Shown: piece by piece, positions 1-12,864 of the stretch
How the letters are laid out: every line of letters starts with the position of its first letter
Numbering within the stretch: position 1 is the stretch's first letter
Assembly: GCA_038087875.1 (NCBI GenBank)
Contig: JAXLNO010000702.1
Span: forward strand, 1-52,301
Direction: 5' to 3'
Origin: Malacoraja senta
Taxonomy: Eukaryota
Length of the DNA stretch: 52,301 nucleotides
The notes under the pieces: model-generated
Told to the model about the DNA's origin: nothing
The model's database searches: none
Seen by the model: the letters and a program-made list of their open reading frames with translations, nothing else
Made by a program: the position numbers and the translations under genes

Positions 1-683
1 TAATCAGTTATAAAAGATGAAATAGCGGCACATTTGAATAGCACTAGCAGGATCGGTCCGTGTCAGCATGGATTTACGAAGGGGAAATCATGTTTGACTA
101 ATCTTCTGGAATTTTTTGAGGATGTAACTGGATAAATGGACAAGGGAGAGCCAGTGGATACAGTGTACGTGGACTTTCAGAAAGCATTTGATAAGGTCCG
201 ACATAGGAGATTAGTGGGCAAAATGAGGGCACATGGTATTGGGGGTAGTGTGCTGACATGGATAGAAAATTGGTTGGTAGACAGGAAACAAAGAGTAGGG
301 ATTAACGGGTCCCTTTCAGAATTGCAGGCAGTGACTAGTAGGGTACCGCAAGGCTCGGTGCTGGAACCGCAGCTATTTACAATATACATCAATGATTTGG
401 ATGAAGGGATTCAAAGTAACATTAGCAAATTTGCACATGACACAAAGCTGGGTGGAAGTGTGAACTGTGACGAGGATACTATGAGAATGCAGGGTGAATT
501 GGACAGGTTGGGGGAGTGGGCAGATGCATGGCAGATGAAGTTTAATGTGGATAAATGTGGGGTTATCGACTTTGGTATCAAAAAACAGGAAGGCAGATCA
601 CTATCTGAATGGTGTCAAGTTGGGGAAAGTGGAAGTACAATGGGATCTGGGGGTCCTTGTTCATCAGTCTATGAAAGTAAGCA

Positions 684-1144
684 GTCGGTGAGACCAAGCG
701 TAGGCTTGGCGATCGTTTCGGCGAACACCTCCGGTCGGTCCGCAATAACCAACCTGAACTCCCGGTGGCTCAGCACTTAAACTCCCCCTCCCATTCCGTA
801 TCTGACCTCTCTGTCCTGGGTCTCCTCCATGGCCACAGCGAGCAACACCGTAAATTGGAGGAAATGCACCTCATATTCCGCTTGGGCAGTCTACATCCTG
901 GTGGCCTGAACATTGAATTCTCCCAATTCTGCTAGCCCTTGCTGTCCCCTCCCCTTCGTCAGCCATCTGGCTGTCTCCTCCCCTCCCCCAGCCCTCGGGC
1001 TCCTCCTCCGCCTTTTTCCTTTTTTCCTTTCTTCTACCCACCCCCTATCAGTCTGAAGAAGGGTTTCGGCCCGAAACGTTACCTATTTCCTTCGCTCCAT
1101 AGATGCTGCTGCACCCGCTGAGTTTCTCCAGCATTTTTGTGTAC
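684..1144 (+). mobile_element. 5'-truncated Penelope-like element (GIY-YIG C-terminus plus 3' terminus) with 15-bp TSD
   Basis: 684-935 translates by hand to VGETKRRLGDRFGEHLRSV...RKLEEMHLIFRLGSLHPGGLNIEFSQFC* (not in the ORF track). CTATGAAAGTAAGCA flanks it at 669-683 and 1145-1159. Confidence 0.88.
1051..1083 (+). ncRNA. Minimal hammerhead ribozyme motif in the Penelope terminus
   Basis: GT-CTGAAGA-A-GGG-TTTCGG-CCC-GAAA-CGTT-AC: core CUGANGA, stem II, GAAA, palindromic AACGTT, GUU triplet. Stem I is only ~2 bp. Confidence 0.65.
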
Positions 1145-1975
1145 CTATGAAAGTAAGCATGCAGGTACAGCAGGCAGTGAAGAAAGTGATTGGCATGTTG
1201 GCCTTTATAACAAGAGGAGTCGAGTACAGGAGCAAAGAGGTCTTTCTGCAGTTGTACAGGGCCCCAGTGAGACCACACCTGGAGTATTATGTGCAGTTTC
1301 GGTCCCCTATTTTGAGGAAGGACATTCTTGTTATTGAGGGTGTGCAGCGTAGGTTTACAAGGTTAATTCCTGGGATGGAGGGACTGTTATATGCTGAGAG
1401 AATGGAGCGGCTGGGTTTGTACACTCTGGAGTTTAGAAGCATGAGAGGGGATTTTATTGATACATATAAGATTGTTAAGGTTTTGGACATGCTTGAGGCA
1501 GGAAACATGTTCCTGATGTTGGGGGAGTCCAGAACCAGGGGCCAAAGTTTAAGAATAAGGGGTAAGCCATTTAGAATGGAGACGAGGAAACACTTTTTCT
1601 CACAGATAGTTGTGAGTCTGTGGAATTCTCTGCCTCAGAGGGTGGTGGGGGCAGGTTCTCAGGATACTTTCAAGGGAGACCTTGTTAAGGCTCTTAACGA
1701 TAGCGGAGACAGGGGATATGGGGAGAAGGCAGGAGCGGGGTACTGATTGGGGATGATCAGCCATGATCACATTGAATGGCGGTGCTGGCTCGAAGGGCCG
1801 AATGGCCTACTCCTGCCCCTATTGTCTATTGTCTATTGTCTATTCTCATTGTCCTCTCTCACCATTTCTCTATAGTGAATTCAATTGAATTAAATTGAAC
1901 TGAATTTCTTTATTTTTCATTCAAAAACAAATTTGAACAAAATTCAGTTACCGTGCAGTGATAACAATAAAAAAC

Positions 1976-2797
1976 GAATGAATGAATGAATGAAGACGTT
2001 TATTGTCCAAGTATTCACATACAAGGAATTTGCCTTGGTGCTCTGCGCGCAAGTGACAACATGACATACAGTCTTCTTCTTGCAAATGAAACATAAACCA
2101 AAGGAATAGTTAGATCTCAAGCCGGGTGTTGAGCAGCCAGGTTGTTGTGTCTGTTGCCGTCAATGTCTCCCAGGCCCTGAGCTTCATTTGGTGGGTGGTA
2201 GAGCGGGCACCCAGAGATGACATTGTTGGCTGTCTGTTGTTCTGCTCCACATTCACAGGCTGGGCTCTGGCGGAGTCCCCATCTGCACATGCCAACTCCA
2301 GTACAAAGTCTGTAGAGATTCACCCCTGCTCCTCTGGGGAGCTCAGACCATGGACAGCCTTTATCTGGTGAAGAGATGTCACTGTGTAATGGAGATGATG
2401 TTGCCTTCCACTCCTGTGACCACTTGGTGGCTATCCAGTGTGCTTTTGTCTCAGTTGGCTGGATGGATGTTAGGAGTAGTTTTCCATGTGGAGCAAAGAG
2501 GTGACTGGACGTCAGTCGGGCTCCCTCTGCTCTCTACTGATAGCCTGATAGAGGAGGTGAGCTGCTTCCAAGGCACGACGAGATAGTGCCAGAGTTGCTG
2601 CTTGCCTTCGGATCCCTGCAGGCAGAATGCCTACAAGTAGAGGGAGCTGTCACATGCAGTGACAGTGAGGACTGACACATAATACTTCAAACATTAATAA
2701 AAACACATTATCGATTAAACATGTGAATGAAATAAAATACCAGAGCAAAAGGAGGCTACAGATTTTTGGTTATTGAGTAGAGCTACTACTCGTGGAA
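1976..2797 (-). mobile_element. LINE/SINE 3' end with (TTCA)n tail (L2/Rex-like), interrupted at 2073-2651
   Basis: (GAAT)n at 1976-1994 followed by TTTATT; continues after 2660. Confidence 0.5.
2073..2651 (-). mobile_element. Ingi/Vingi-like non-LTR 3' fragment with C-terminal zinc-knuckle region
   Basis: ORF 2117-2323(-) reads LYRLCTGVG...WGLRQSPACECGAEQQT...GCP; (AAG)n tail at 2073-2082; imperfect TSD ACATACAGT (2064-2072) / ACATGCAGT (2652-2660). Confidence 0.65.
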
Positions 2798-3964
2798 GAA
2801 CAAAACACACAATTAACACAATTTACACAAATATCCATCACAGTGACTCTCCTTCAGTCAGCTCCTCACTGTGATGGAAGGTAAAACAAGTCTTATCACT
2901 TACTTGCTTCTTCTCTCGCGGTCAGGCAGTCAAAACTGCTGCATTGAGGCGATCGAGGCTCCCGATGTTGAAGCTCCCGCCGGGCGATTGGAGACCCCGC
3001 AGTTGATTTTAAGCCGCGCGGGGCGATCTCTGTGAATTGGACAGGAGTCTGGTGAAGGATGATTGTGCACTGACATAGGAAATGCTAAAGAGATTTGGGC
3101 TGCTGGACACAACATGCTGAACCTGACACACAATACAAAGTAATCATCAGGGTTTGTGCTGTTCACATCAGCATCAATACTCACTGTTGTAATGTGCTCT
3201 GTAAATTGGTACAGCTGCAATGAACATTGACAGGACTCCATACACCAGGAAAACATAACGATGTTCTGTCAAAGAGATTCCATTAGAGGCCGTGACGCAG
3301 GTAGATGCACGAGCATGCACATATACCCCACAACCCAAAACATATTTCACTGTTACTTCAGTAATGGATCTTTATGAATTTCTGTGCATTTGTCTGTTTA
3401 TTGTTGTCATTCCACTGACATATATTCATAGAATTACTGAAACAACCCCATCAGCACACCACGGCCATGCCTGTCCCTTGGCCCAAATACTCTCATCCAA
3501 TTTGATGCCAATTAATTTTGCATGCTCCTATGCCTCACCTATTTAAGGGCATCGTGTTGGAGAAAGTGAATGAAAACGGATAAAGCATTAGTGCTGCAGT
3601 ATGGGATAGTACGTTGGAGGCACAAGAGACTGTAGATGCTGGAATCAGGAACAACAAAACAAAATTACTGGATGAACTCAGAGAATCAATCGACAGTTGA
3701 TGTTTTGGGGTGAGGATCAAGTGGATTACAAGTTGGCCTTGCTCTGGACAAAACTGTAAATGTAATTCATATAGATTCAGATTTCCACAATATTGTCCAC
3801 GCCCTCTGTAGGAGGCCAGCCCAGAGGACAATTGTAAATGCTTGGAAGTCATCTGGCTTGGACTTCCAGCGGTGGAGTGGATGTCCATCCCTCCCAGATC
3901 ACCCTACTGCAATATTCAGCCTACTATGCAATATTACAATAATCATCAGATCTACTATGGAGAA

Positions 3965-4530
3965 AGACAAGAACAGGGATGTAATGCTGAGGCGGTATAA
4001 GGCGCTGGTCAGGCCGCATTTGGAGTATTGTGAACAATTTTGGGCACCATATTGGAGGAAGGGTGTACTGGCTCCGGAGAGGGTCCAGAGGAGCTTTACA
4101 AGCATAATCCCAGAAATGAGTGGGTTAACCTATGATGAGCGTTTGACGGCACTGGGCCTGCACTCGCTGGAGTTTAGAAGGATGAGGGGGTGCCTCATTG
4201 AAACGTATCGAGTAGTGAAAGGCTTGGATTTAGTGGGTGTGGAGAGGAATTATTCGCTAGAGTGTGTCTTGGATTAGTGGTCATAGCCTCAGGGTTAAAG
4301 GATGTTGCTTTAAGTAGGAGGTGAGGAGGAATTTATTTTGTCATAGGGTGGTGAATCTGTGGAATTATTTTCAAGGCAGAGATAGATATTCTTGATTTGT
4401 ACGATATCAGAGGTTATGGGGAGAAGGAAGGAGAATGGGGTTAGGAGGGAGAGATAGATCAGCCATGATTGAATGGCAGAGTAGACTTGATGGGTCGAAT
4501 GGCCTAATTCTGCTCCTCTGACTTATGACC
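3965..4530 (+). mobile_element. CR1 LINE 3' fragment (degenerate)
   Basis: YKALVRPHLEYCEQFWAP...LEFRRMRG motifs and CR1 3'UTR. Confidence 0.92.
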
Positions 4531-4727
4531 TCATTAACAGCTTCATTGGAAACTGTCCTCAACATCCTACTGACCACACATCATCCTGTCTTGGAGATTT
4601 ATTGCTCAATGTTTGACATTGGTCAGCCACAATTTCCTGATATGACTGATCAAAATAATAAAATCCAAGGTATTTTTCAAACTCGTACAGCAAATTAAAT
4701 ATTTCATCCAAGAACAATGAGGTCATT

Positions 4728-5224
4728 CGGAGGAGATTTACCAGAATGTTGCCTGGGTTTCAGCACCTAAGTTACAGAGGAAGGTTGAACAAGATAGGTC
4801 TTTATTCTTTGGAGCGCAGAAGGTTAAGGGGGGACTTGATAGAGGTCTTTAAAATGATGAGAGGGACAGACAGAGTTGACGTGGATAAGCTTTTTCCATT
4901 GAGAGTAGGGATGATTCAAACAAGAGGACATGATTTGAGAATTAAGGGACAAAAGTTTAGCGGTAACAAGAGGGGGGACTTCTTTACTCAGAGAGTCGTA
5001 GCTGTGTGTAATGAGCTTCCAGTGGAAGTGGTGGAGGCAGGTTCGATTTTATCATTTAAAAATGAATTAGATAGGTATGTGGACGGGAAAGAAATGGAGG
5101 GTTATGGTCTGAGTGGAGGTAGATGGGACTAGGTGAGAGTAAGTGTCTGGCACGGACTAGAAGGGCCGAGATGACCTGTTTCCGTGCTGTAATTGTTATA
5201 TGTTATATGTTATATGTTATATGT
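4728..5224 (+). mobile_element. CR1 LINE 3' fragment with (GTTATAT)n tail
   Basis: ORF 4746-5132 reads LYSLERRRLRGDLIEVFK; tail at ~5194-5224. Confidence 0.93.
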
Positions 5225-5431
5225 CGTCCAAAATGTTGGGCTCCTGCCTGCTGTTTCAGAAGCAAAATATTCCAACATGATACAAGTTGGAGAAGAGTAT
5301 CTACAAAAATATTCAAACATAATTGTTAAACTTACTCCTCTTAATCAGGATGCAAGTAAACCACGAGAATATAAACGATCATTGCTACCACCATTAAAAA
5401 TCCAAAGCTATTGAGCTTGTATTTATTGTAA

Positions 5432-6203
5432 TAGAAACATAGAAACATAGAAAATAGGTGCAGGAGTAGGCCATTCGGCCCTTCGAGCCTGCACCGCCAT
5501 TCAATATGATCATGGCTGATCATCCAACTCAGTATCCTGTACCTGCCTTCTCTCCATACCCCCTGGTACCTTTAGCCACAAGGGCCACATATAACTCCCT
5601 CTTAAATATAGCCAATGAACTGGCCTCAACTACCTTCTGTGGCAGAGAATTCCAGAGATTCACCACTCTCTGTGTGAAAAATGTTTTTCTCATCTCGGTC
5701 CTAAAAGATTTCCCCCTTATCCTAAAACTGTGATCCCTTGTTCTGGACTTCCCCAACATCGGGAACAATGTTCCTGCATCTAGCCTGTGCAACCCCTTAA
5801 GAATTTTGTAAGTTTCTATAAGATCCCCCCTCAATCTTCTAAATTCTAGCGAGTACAAGCCGAATCTATCCAGTGTTTCTTCATATGAAAGTCCTGACAT
5901 CCCAGGAATCAGTCTGGTGAACCTTCTCTGTACTCCCTCTATGGCAAGAATGTCTTTCCTCAGATTTGGAGACCAAAACTGTACGCAATACTCCAGGTGT
6001 GGTCTCACCAAGATCCTGTACAACTGCAGTAGAACCTCCCTGCTCCTATACTCAAATCCTTTTGCTATGAATGCTAACATACCATTCGCTTTCTTCACTG
6101 CCTGCTGCACCTGCATGCCTACTTTCAATGACTGGTGTACCATGACACCGAGGTCTCGTTGCATCTCCCCTTTTCCTAATCGGCCACCATTCAGATAATA
6201 TCT
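5432..6203 (-). mobile_element. CR1 LINE 3' fragment with (TTTCTATG)n tail
   Basis: ORF 5529-6218(-) reads RDLGVMVH...RPHLEYCVQFWSP; TAGAAACA repeats at 5432-5452. Confidence 0.95.
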
Positions 6204-6754
6204 GAATTCAGCTAACATTCAGATAATATCTTCATGACTGTATGGACATTGCCCTCTGGTGTATTTGACAAGAAACAGATCCAAATGTGAATTGGGATAC
6301 TGACCTGGAACAAAAATACAGAAGTGATGCAGACAAAGAGATAAAGATGAGTAGCTGGAAGAATACAAAGAAAGCCGTCAGCTGTACATGCCGCTTGTGC
6401 ACTGGAAAGACAGATGGACACACATTCACCGTCGGGGACAGATGCATAATACACCACCTCATGATATAATGAGTTACACAGTACAAGTGTTACCTCTGTA
6501 CGTCCTCCGGAGCAAAAAAGATAATGAAGACGAATGCAGCCAAAGATGTTGTTGTGATCACCAGAGCTATTATGGATCAGATAAAAGAGTACTGATTGGG
6601 TGGCACCGATCCTGAAACCATTTCATGTTATATTTCACGTTATTTATCATTACAATAAAAAAAACAATAAATGTCAAAACGCCGCCCTTTTAAACACACA
6701 CAGATACTCCAGGCAGCTTCCACTGACATCACAATGCCGCCGCAAGGGGAGGGG

Positions 6755-7096
6755 GTCGCTACATGGGAACCGACTTGAAGGGCGAGTTCTTTATCTTGGG
6801 GCCCGGCGACTACAAGTCCCTGGGCAAGTTCAACCAGAACATCAGCTCGCTGCGGCTGGTGAACGAGGAGCTGGTGAACCCGGAGATCGGTCTGTTCGAG
6901 GATGTGAACAACTAGGGCAAGTCCCGTATTGTCCTGCAGAAGGTGGATGCCCTGCGGAGAGGCCGACATTGAAGAGCTGGTCTCGTCTCACAAGGTGAAG
7001 CGGGGCGTGTGGATCCTCCACCAGGGGGTTAACCTGACCGGGCCGCGCCTCATCACCTTCAAGGGCGACGAGTGGCCCAACTACATCTGCCGCAAC
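6755..7096 (+). pseudogene. Beta/gamma-crystallin (EDSP/ep37-like) paralog fragment, Greek keys 2-4
   Basis: Manual translation YMGTDLKGEFFILGPGDYKSLGKFNQNISSLRLVNEELVNPEIGLFEDVNN*GKSRIVLQKVDALRR / ADIEELVSSHKVKRGVWILHQGVNLTGPRLITFKGDEWPNY. TAG at 6913-6915, +1 frameshift ~6961, 1-nt loss ~6759. Collinear with 20450-20785. Confidence 0.9.
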
Positions 7097-7188
7097 TCTC
7101 CCCCCCCCCTCCGACCTCTCTCCCCTCACCCTCTCCCTCCAACCCTGCCCCGTCCCCTTCTACCCCCCCTCCGCCGTCAGTGCCGCAA

Positions 7189-7191
<3 letters not shown>

Positions 7192-7221
<30 letters not shown>

Positions 7222-7701
7222 GAAGCCACACTCACACACACGCAAACACACTCACACACACGGACACACACGGACACGCACACGGACACACACACGCTCA
7301 CCCACTCACACACGGACACACACGCTCACACACACACACGCAGACACACTCACACACACGCGCACACACGCTCACACACACGCACACATGATCTCACACA
7401 GACACACAATCACACACGCTCACACACACACACACGCAGACACACACTCTCCGTCACACTGACACACGCACAAGCACACACAATCTCACAAAGACAAACA
7501 ATCACACACACACACGCTCACACACACACAGACGCACACACGGACACACACGCTGACACACATACACAGACACACACGCTCACACTCACACACACGGACA
7601 CACACTCACGGACACACACGCTCACACACACACACACGCAGACACAAACTCTCCTTCACACTGACACGCACACGCACACACAATCTCACAAAGACAAACA
7701 A

Positions 7702-7744
<43 letters not shown>

Positions 7745-8090
7745 CACACACATACACAGACACACACGCTCACACTCACACACACAGACACACACTCACG
7801 GACACACACGTTCACACTCACACACACGGACACACACGCTCACTGACACACACGCTCACACTCTCACACACACGGACACACACGCTCACACACACACGGA
7901 CACACACGTTCACACTCACACACACGGACACACACGCTCACACTCACACACACGGACACACACGCTCACACTCATACACACGGACACACGCTCACACACA
8001 CGGACACACACGCTCACACACACACTCACACACGCTCACTGACACACACGCTCACACTCACACACACGGACACACACGCTCACACTCACA
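7192..8090. repeat. Complex (CA)n microsatellite with CACACGCT/CACGGA variants
   Basis: Direct inspection. Confidence 0.95.
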
Positions 8091-8210
8091 CCCCCTGCGT
8101 AGGCCACATAGAACCTTCTGTCCCACATTGACCTTTCTGACCGAGTACAGTATTATCTTTTTATGTAGTTGAAACAAAGAACTACAGGTGCTGGTTAATA
8201 CACAAAATGA

Positions 8211-8422
8211 CACAGAGTGCTGGAGTAACTCAACGGGTCAGGCAGCATCTGTGGAAAACATGGATAGGTGACGTTTCACAGAGTGCTGGAGTAACTCAAC
8301 GGGTCAGGCAGCATCTGTGGAAAACATGGATAGGTGACGTTTCACAGAGTGCTGGAGTAACTCAGCGGGTCAGGCAGCATCTGTGGAGAACATGGATAGG
8401 TGACGTTTCACAGAGTGCTGGA
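8211..8422 (-). repeat. 66-bp tandem repeat x3, derived from the Penelope terminus
   Basis: Unit CACAGAGTGCTGGAGTAACTCAGCGGGTCAGGCAGCATCTGTGGAGAACATGGATAGGTGACGTTT; reverse complement resembles 1073-1140. Confidence 0.92.
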
Positions 8423-8740
8423 ATACACACACATACAGTCAGACACACACACATGCAGACGCGGACAGACAGAGACTGACACACACATGCACACATACAG
8501 AGGCACACACACACACACACACACACAGAAAGCCACACGCACACGCAGCCACACACACGCACAGAAACACACACACACTCACATACACGTACACACGCAC
8601 ACACACAGAAAGACACACACACGCACACAGAAACTTGCAGCAACGCACACACATACACGCAGACACACACACACGCACACACATATACGCAGACACAAAC
8701 ACATACACATGCAAACGCACACACGCACACACACGCAGAT

Positions 8741-8775
<35 letters not shown>

Positions 8776-8873
8776 CACACACACACACACACACACAGAC
8801 ACACACACACACACAGAAAGACACACACGCACACACACACACAGAAAGACACACACACACACACACACACACA

Positions 8874-9019
<146 letters not shown>

Positions 9020-9622
9020 AAAACACACACACACACACACACAAGCTGAGTGTGTGAGCCCTGGTACTGAGCTTGCGGAACTGTGTTCTGTTGTGGGATA
9101 TTTCTGTGGGCTGAAGGACTCTGACCACTAATCACTCTATTTTACTGTCAGCAATCCTATATTAGTTTTGCTAATTTTAAACGTCACCACAAAATGAGTC
9201 ACAGCGTTTTAACTTTAATACCTCCCGGAATCAGAATGAAACGCCAAACATTTGTTTTAAATTTAATTTTCCAAAAGTTTTATGAGCGGCAATGGTTTGA
9301 CTAATCGCCCAGACATGGAGCCATACAGCACTGAAACAGGCCAAGCGGCGCAACTCTTCCATGCTGACCTTCATGGCCCATCTGAGCCCACAAAGTCTGT
9401 ATCGAACATGATGCCAAAACCAACTCTTCTTAAACCTAACCCAATCCATTCCCCCCCACTTGCAAGAAGTAGTCATGGTGGCAAGTATATTTCGACCCAG
9501 TTTGTGAGGTTTTCCGCCAGAAATTTAAATATGTGAACAGAGGAGAAATGAGGTACCTTATGAAGGTAAGCTGGCCAATAATATAAATGAGGCCTATGGA
9601 CGATTTGTTGACCTGACCAGGA

Positions 9623-10040
9623 AGTCACAGAGTGACAGAGACACAGAGGCACAGAGACAGAGAGACACAGACACAGAGACACAGAGTCACAGAGACACAG
9701 AGTCACAGAGACACAGAGACTTGGAGACACAGAGACACAGAGACACAGGGTCACAGAGACACAGAGACACAGAGACAGAGTCACAGAGACACAGAGACAC
9801 AGAGACACAGAGACACAGAGACACAGAGTCACAGAGACACAGAGGCATAGAGACATAGAGTCACAGAGACACGGGGATATGGAGACACAGACACAGAGAC
9901 ACAGCGACACGGAGACACGGAGACACGGAGACACAGAGACACAGAGACATAGAGACACAGAGACACGGAGACACGGAGACACAGAGACACAGAGACATAG
10001 AGACACGCAGACACAGAGCCACAGAGTCACAGGCACAGTC
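9623..10040. repeat. (GAGACACA)n-type 8-bp minisatellite
   Basis: Direct inspection; also at 11786-12126 and 14484-15190. Confidence 0.95.
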
Positions 10041-10182
10041 AACTACACTAAATAATCTGACTGGTCAAGGCCAAAATGCTGAAAGCCTTTTTCACTATGG
10101 TGTCCACTATAACCGAGTACAGTATTATCTTTGTATGTAGTTGAAACAAAGAACTACAGGTGCTGCTTAATACACAAAATGA

Positions 10183-10526
10183 CACAGAGTGCTGGAGTAA
10201 CTCAGCGGGTCAGGCAGCATCTGTGGAGAACATGGATAGGTGACGTTTCACAGAGTGCTGGAGTAACTCAGCGGGTCAGGCAGCATCTGTGGAGAACATG
10301 GATAGGTGACGTTTCACAGAGTGCTGGAGTAACTCAGCGGGTCAGGCAGCATCTGTGGAGAACATGGATAGGTGACGTTTCACAGAGTGCTGGAGTAACT
10401 CAGCGGGTCAGGCAGCATCTGTGGAGAATATGGATAGGTGACGTTTCACAGAGTGCTGGAGTAACTCAGCGGGTCAGGCAGCATCTGTGGAGAACATGGA
10501 TAGGTGACGTTTCACAGAGTGCTGGA
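10183..10526 (-). repeat. 66-bp tandem repeat x5
   Basis: 22-aa period repeated 5 times in ORF 10131-10583. Confidence 0.93.
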
Positions 10527-11115
10527 ATACACACACATACAGTCAGACACACACACATGCAGACGCAGACAGACAGATACTGACACACACATGCACACAT
10601 ACAGAGGCACACACACACACACACAGAGAAAGCCACACGCACACGCAGCCACACACACGCACAGAAACACACACACACTCACATACACATACACACGCAC
10701 ACACACAGAAAGACACACACACGCACACACACACTTGCAGCAACGCACACACGTACACGCAGGCACACACACACGCACACACATATACGCAGACACAAAC
10801 ACATACACATGCAAACGCACACACGCACACACACAGATGCACACACACACACGCACACACACACACATAGACACACACACACACACACAGACACACACAC
10901 ACACACAGAAAGACACCCACGCACACACACACACAGAAAGACACACACACACACACACGCACACACACACAAACACACACACACACACACACACGCACGC
11001 ACGCACACACACACACACACACACACATACACACACACACACACACATACACACACATACACACACACACACACACACTCACACACACACACACAGAAAC
11101 ACACACACACAAACA

Positions 11116-11189
<74 letters not shown>

Positions 11190-12268
11190 GAGAGAAAAAC
11201 ACACACACACACACACACACAAGCTGAGTGTGTGAGCCCTGGTACTGAGCTTGTTGTGGGATATTTCTGTGGGTTGAAGGACTCTGACCACTAATCACTC
11301 TATTTTACTGTCAGCAATCCTATATTAGTTTTGCTAATTTTAAACGTCAACACAAAATGAGTCACAGCGTTTTAACTTTAATACCTCCCGGAATCAGAAT
11401 GAAACGCCAAACATTTGTTTTAAATTTAATTTTCCAAAAGGTTTATGAGCGGCAATGGTTCGACTAATCGCCCAGACATGGAGCCATACAGCACTGAAAC
11501 AGGCCAAGCGGCGCAACTCTTCCATGCTGACCTTCATGGCCCATCTGAGCCCACAAAGTCTGTATCGAACATGATGCCAAAACCAACTCTTCTTAAACCT
11601 AACCCATTCCATTCCCCCCCACTTGCAAGAAGTAGTCATGGTGGCAAGTATATTTCGACCCAGTTTGTGAGGTTTTCCGCCAGAAATTTAAATATGTGAA
11701 CAGAAGAGAAATGAGGTACCTTATGAAGGTAAGCTGGACAATAATATAAATGAGGCCTATGGACGATTTGTTGACCTGACCAGGAGGTCACAGAGTGACA
11801 GAGACACAGAGGCACAGAGACAGAGAGACACAGAGTCACAGAGACACAGAGACTTGGAGACACAGAGACACAGAGACACAGGGTCACAGAGACACAGAGA
11901 CACAGAGACAGAGTCACAGAGACACAGAGACACAGAGACACAGAGACACAGAGACACAGAGTCACAGAGACACAGAGGCATAGAGACATAGAGTCACAGG
12001 ACACGGAGACACGGAGACACGGAGACACAGAGACACAGAGACATAGAGACACAGAGACACGGAGACACGGAGACACAGAAACATAGAGACATAGAGACAC
12101 GCAGACACAGAGACACAGGCACAGTCAACTACACTAAATAATCTGACTGGTCAAGGCCAAAATGCTGAAAGCCTTTTTCACAATGGTGTCCACTATAACC
12201 GAGTACAGTATTATCTTTGTATGTAGTTGAAACAAAGATCTACAGGTGCTGGTTAATACACAAAATGA

Positions 12269-12744
12269 CACAGAGTGCTGGAGTAACTCAGCGGGTCAGG
12301 CAGCATCTGTGGAGAACATGGATAGGTGACGTTTCACAGAGTGCTGGAGTAACTCAGCGGGTCAGGCAGCATCTGTGGAGAACATGGATAGGTGACGTTT
12401 CACAGAGTGCTGGAGTAACTCAGCGGGTCAGGCAGCATCTGTGGAGAACATGGATAGGTGACGTTTCACAGAGTGCTGGAGTAACTCAGCGGGTCAGGCA
12501 GCATCTGTGGAGAACATGGATAGGTGACGTTTCACAGAGTGCTGGGGTAACTCAGCGGGTCAGGCAGCATCTGTGGAGAACATGGATAGGTGACGTTTCA
12601 CAGAGTGCTGGAGTAACTCAGCGGGTCAGGCAGCATCTGTGGAGAACATGGATAGGTGACGTTTCACAGAGTGCTGGAGTAACTCAGCGGGTCAGGCAGC
12701 ATCTGTGGAGAATATGGATAGGTGATGTTTCACAGAGTGCTGGA
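12269..12744 (-). repeat. 66-bp tandem repeat x7
   Basis: 22-aa period repeated 7 times in ORF 12217-12801. Confidence 0.93.
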
Positions 12745-12745
12745 A

Positions 12746-12824
12746 TACACACACATACAGTCAGACACACACACATGCAGACGCAGACAGACAGAGACTG
12801 ACACACACATGCACACATACAGAG

Positions 12825-12864
<40 letters not shown>

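Larger units (their letters stand above)
1..1845 (+). mobile_element. CR1-type LINE RT and 3' end, degenerate, split by a Penelope insertion at 684-1144
   Basis: Motifs DFQKAFDKV, VPQGSVL, KFAHDTKLGG, RPHLEYYVQF and LWNSLP; 3'UTR with (ATTGTCT)n tail at ~1820-1845. Confidence 0.95.
1876..3035 (-). mobile_element. Retroelement 3' end with (TTCAA)n-like tail, outer member of a nested insertion
   Basis: GAATT-type repeats at 1876-1905 followed by TTTATT (AATAAA on minus). The sequence appears to resume at ~2798 after the inner elements. Confidence 0.45.

Noticed and set aside
9282..9536. 84-aa ORF kept in all six core copies
   Set aside because: No recognisable domain, overlaps CR1 3'UTR-like sequence, and recent duplication explains the conservation.
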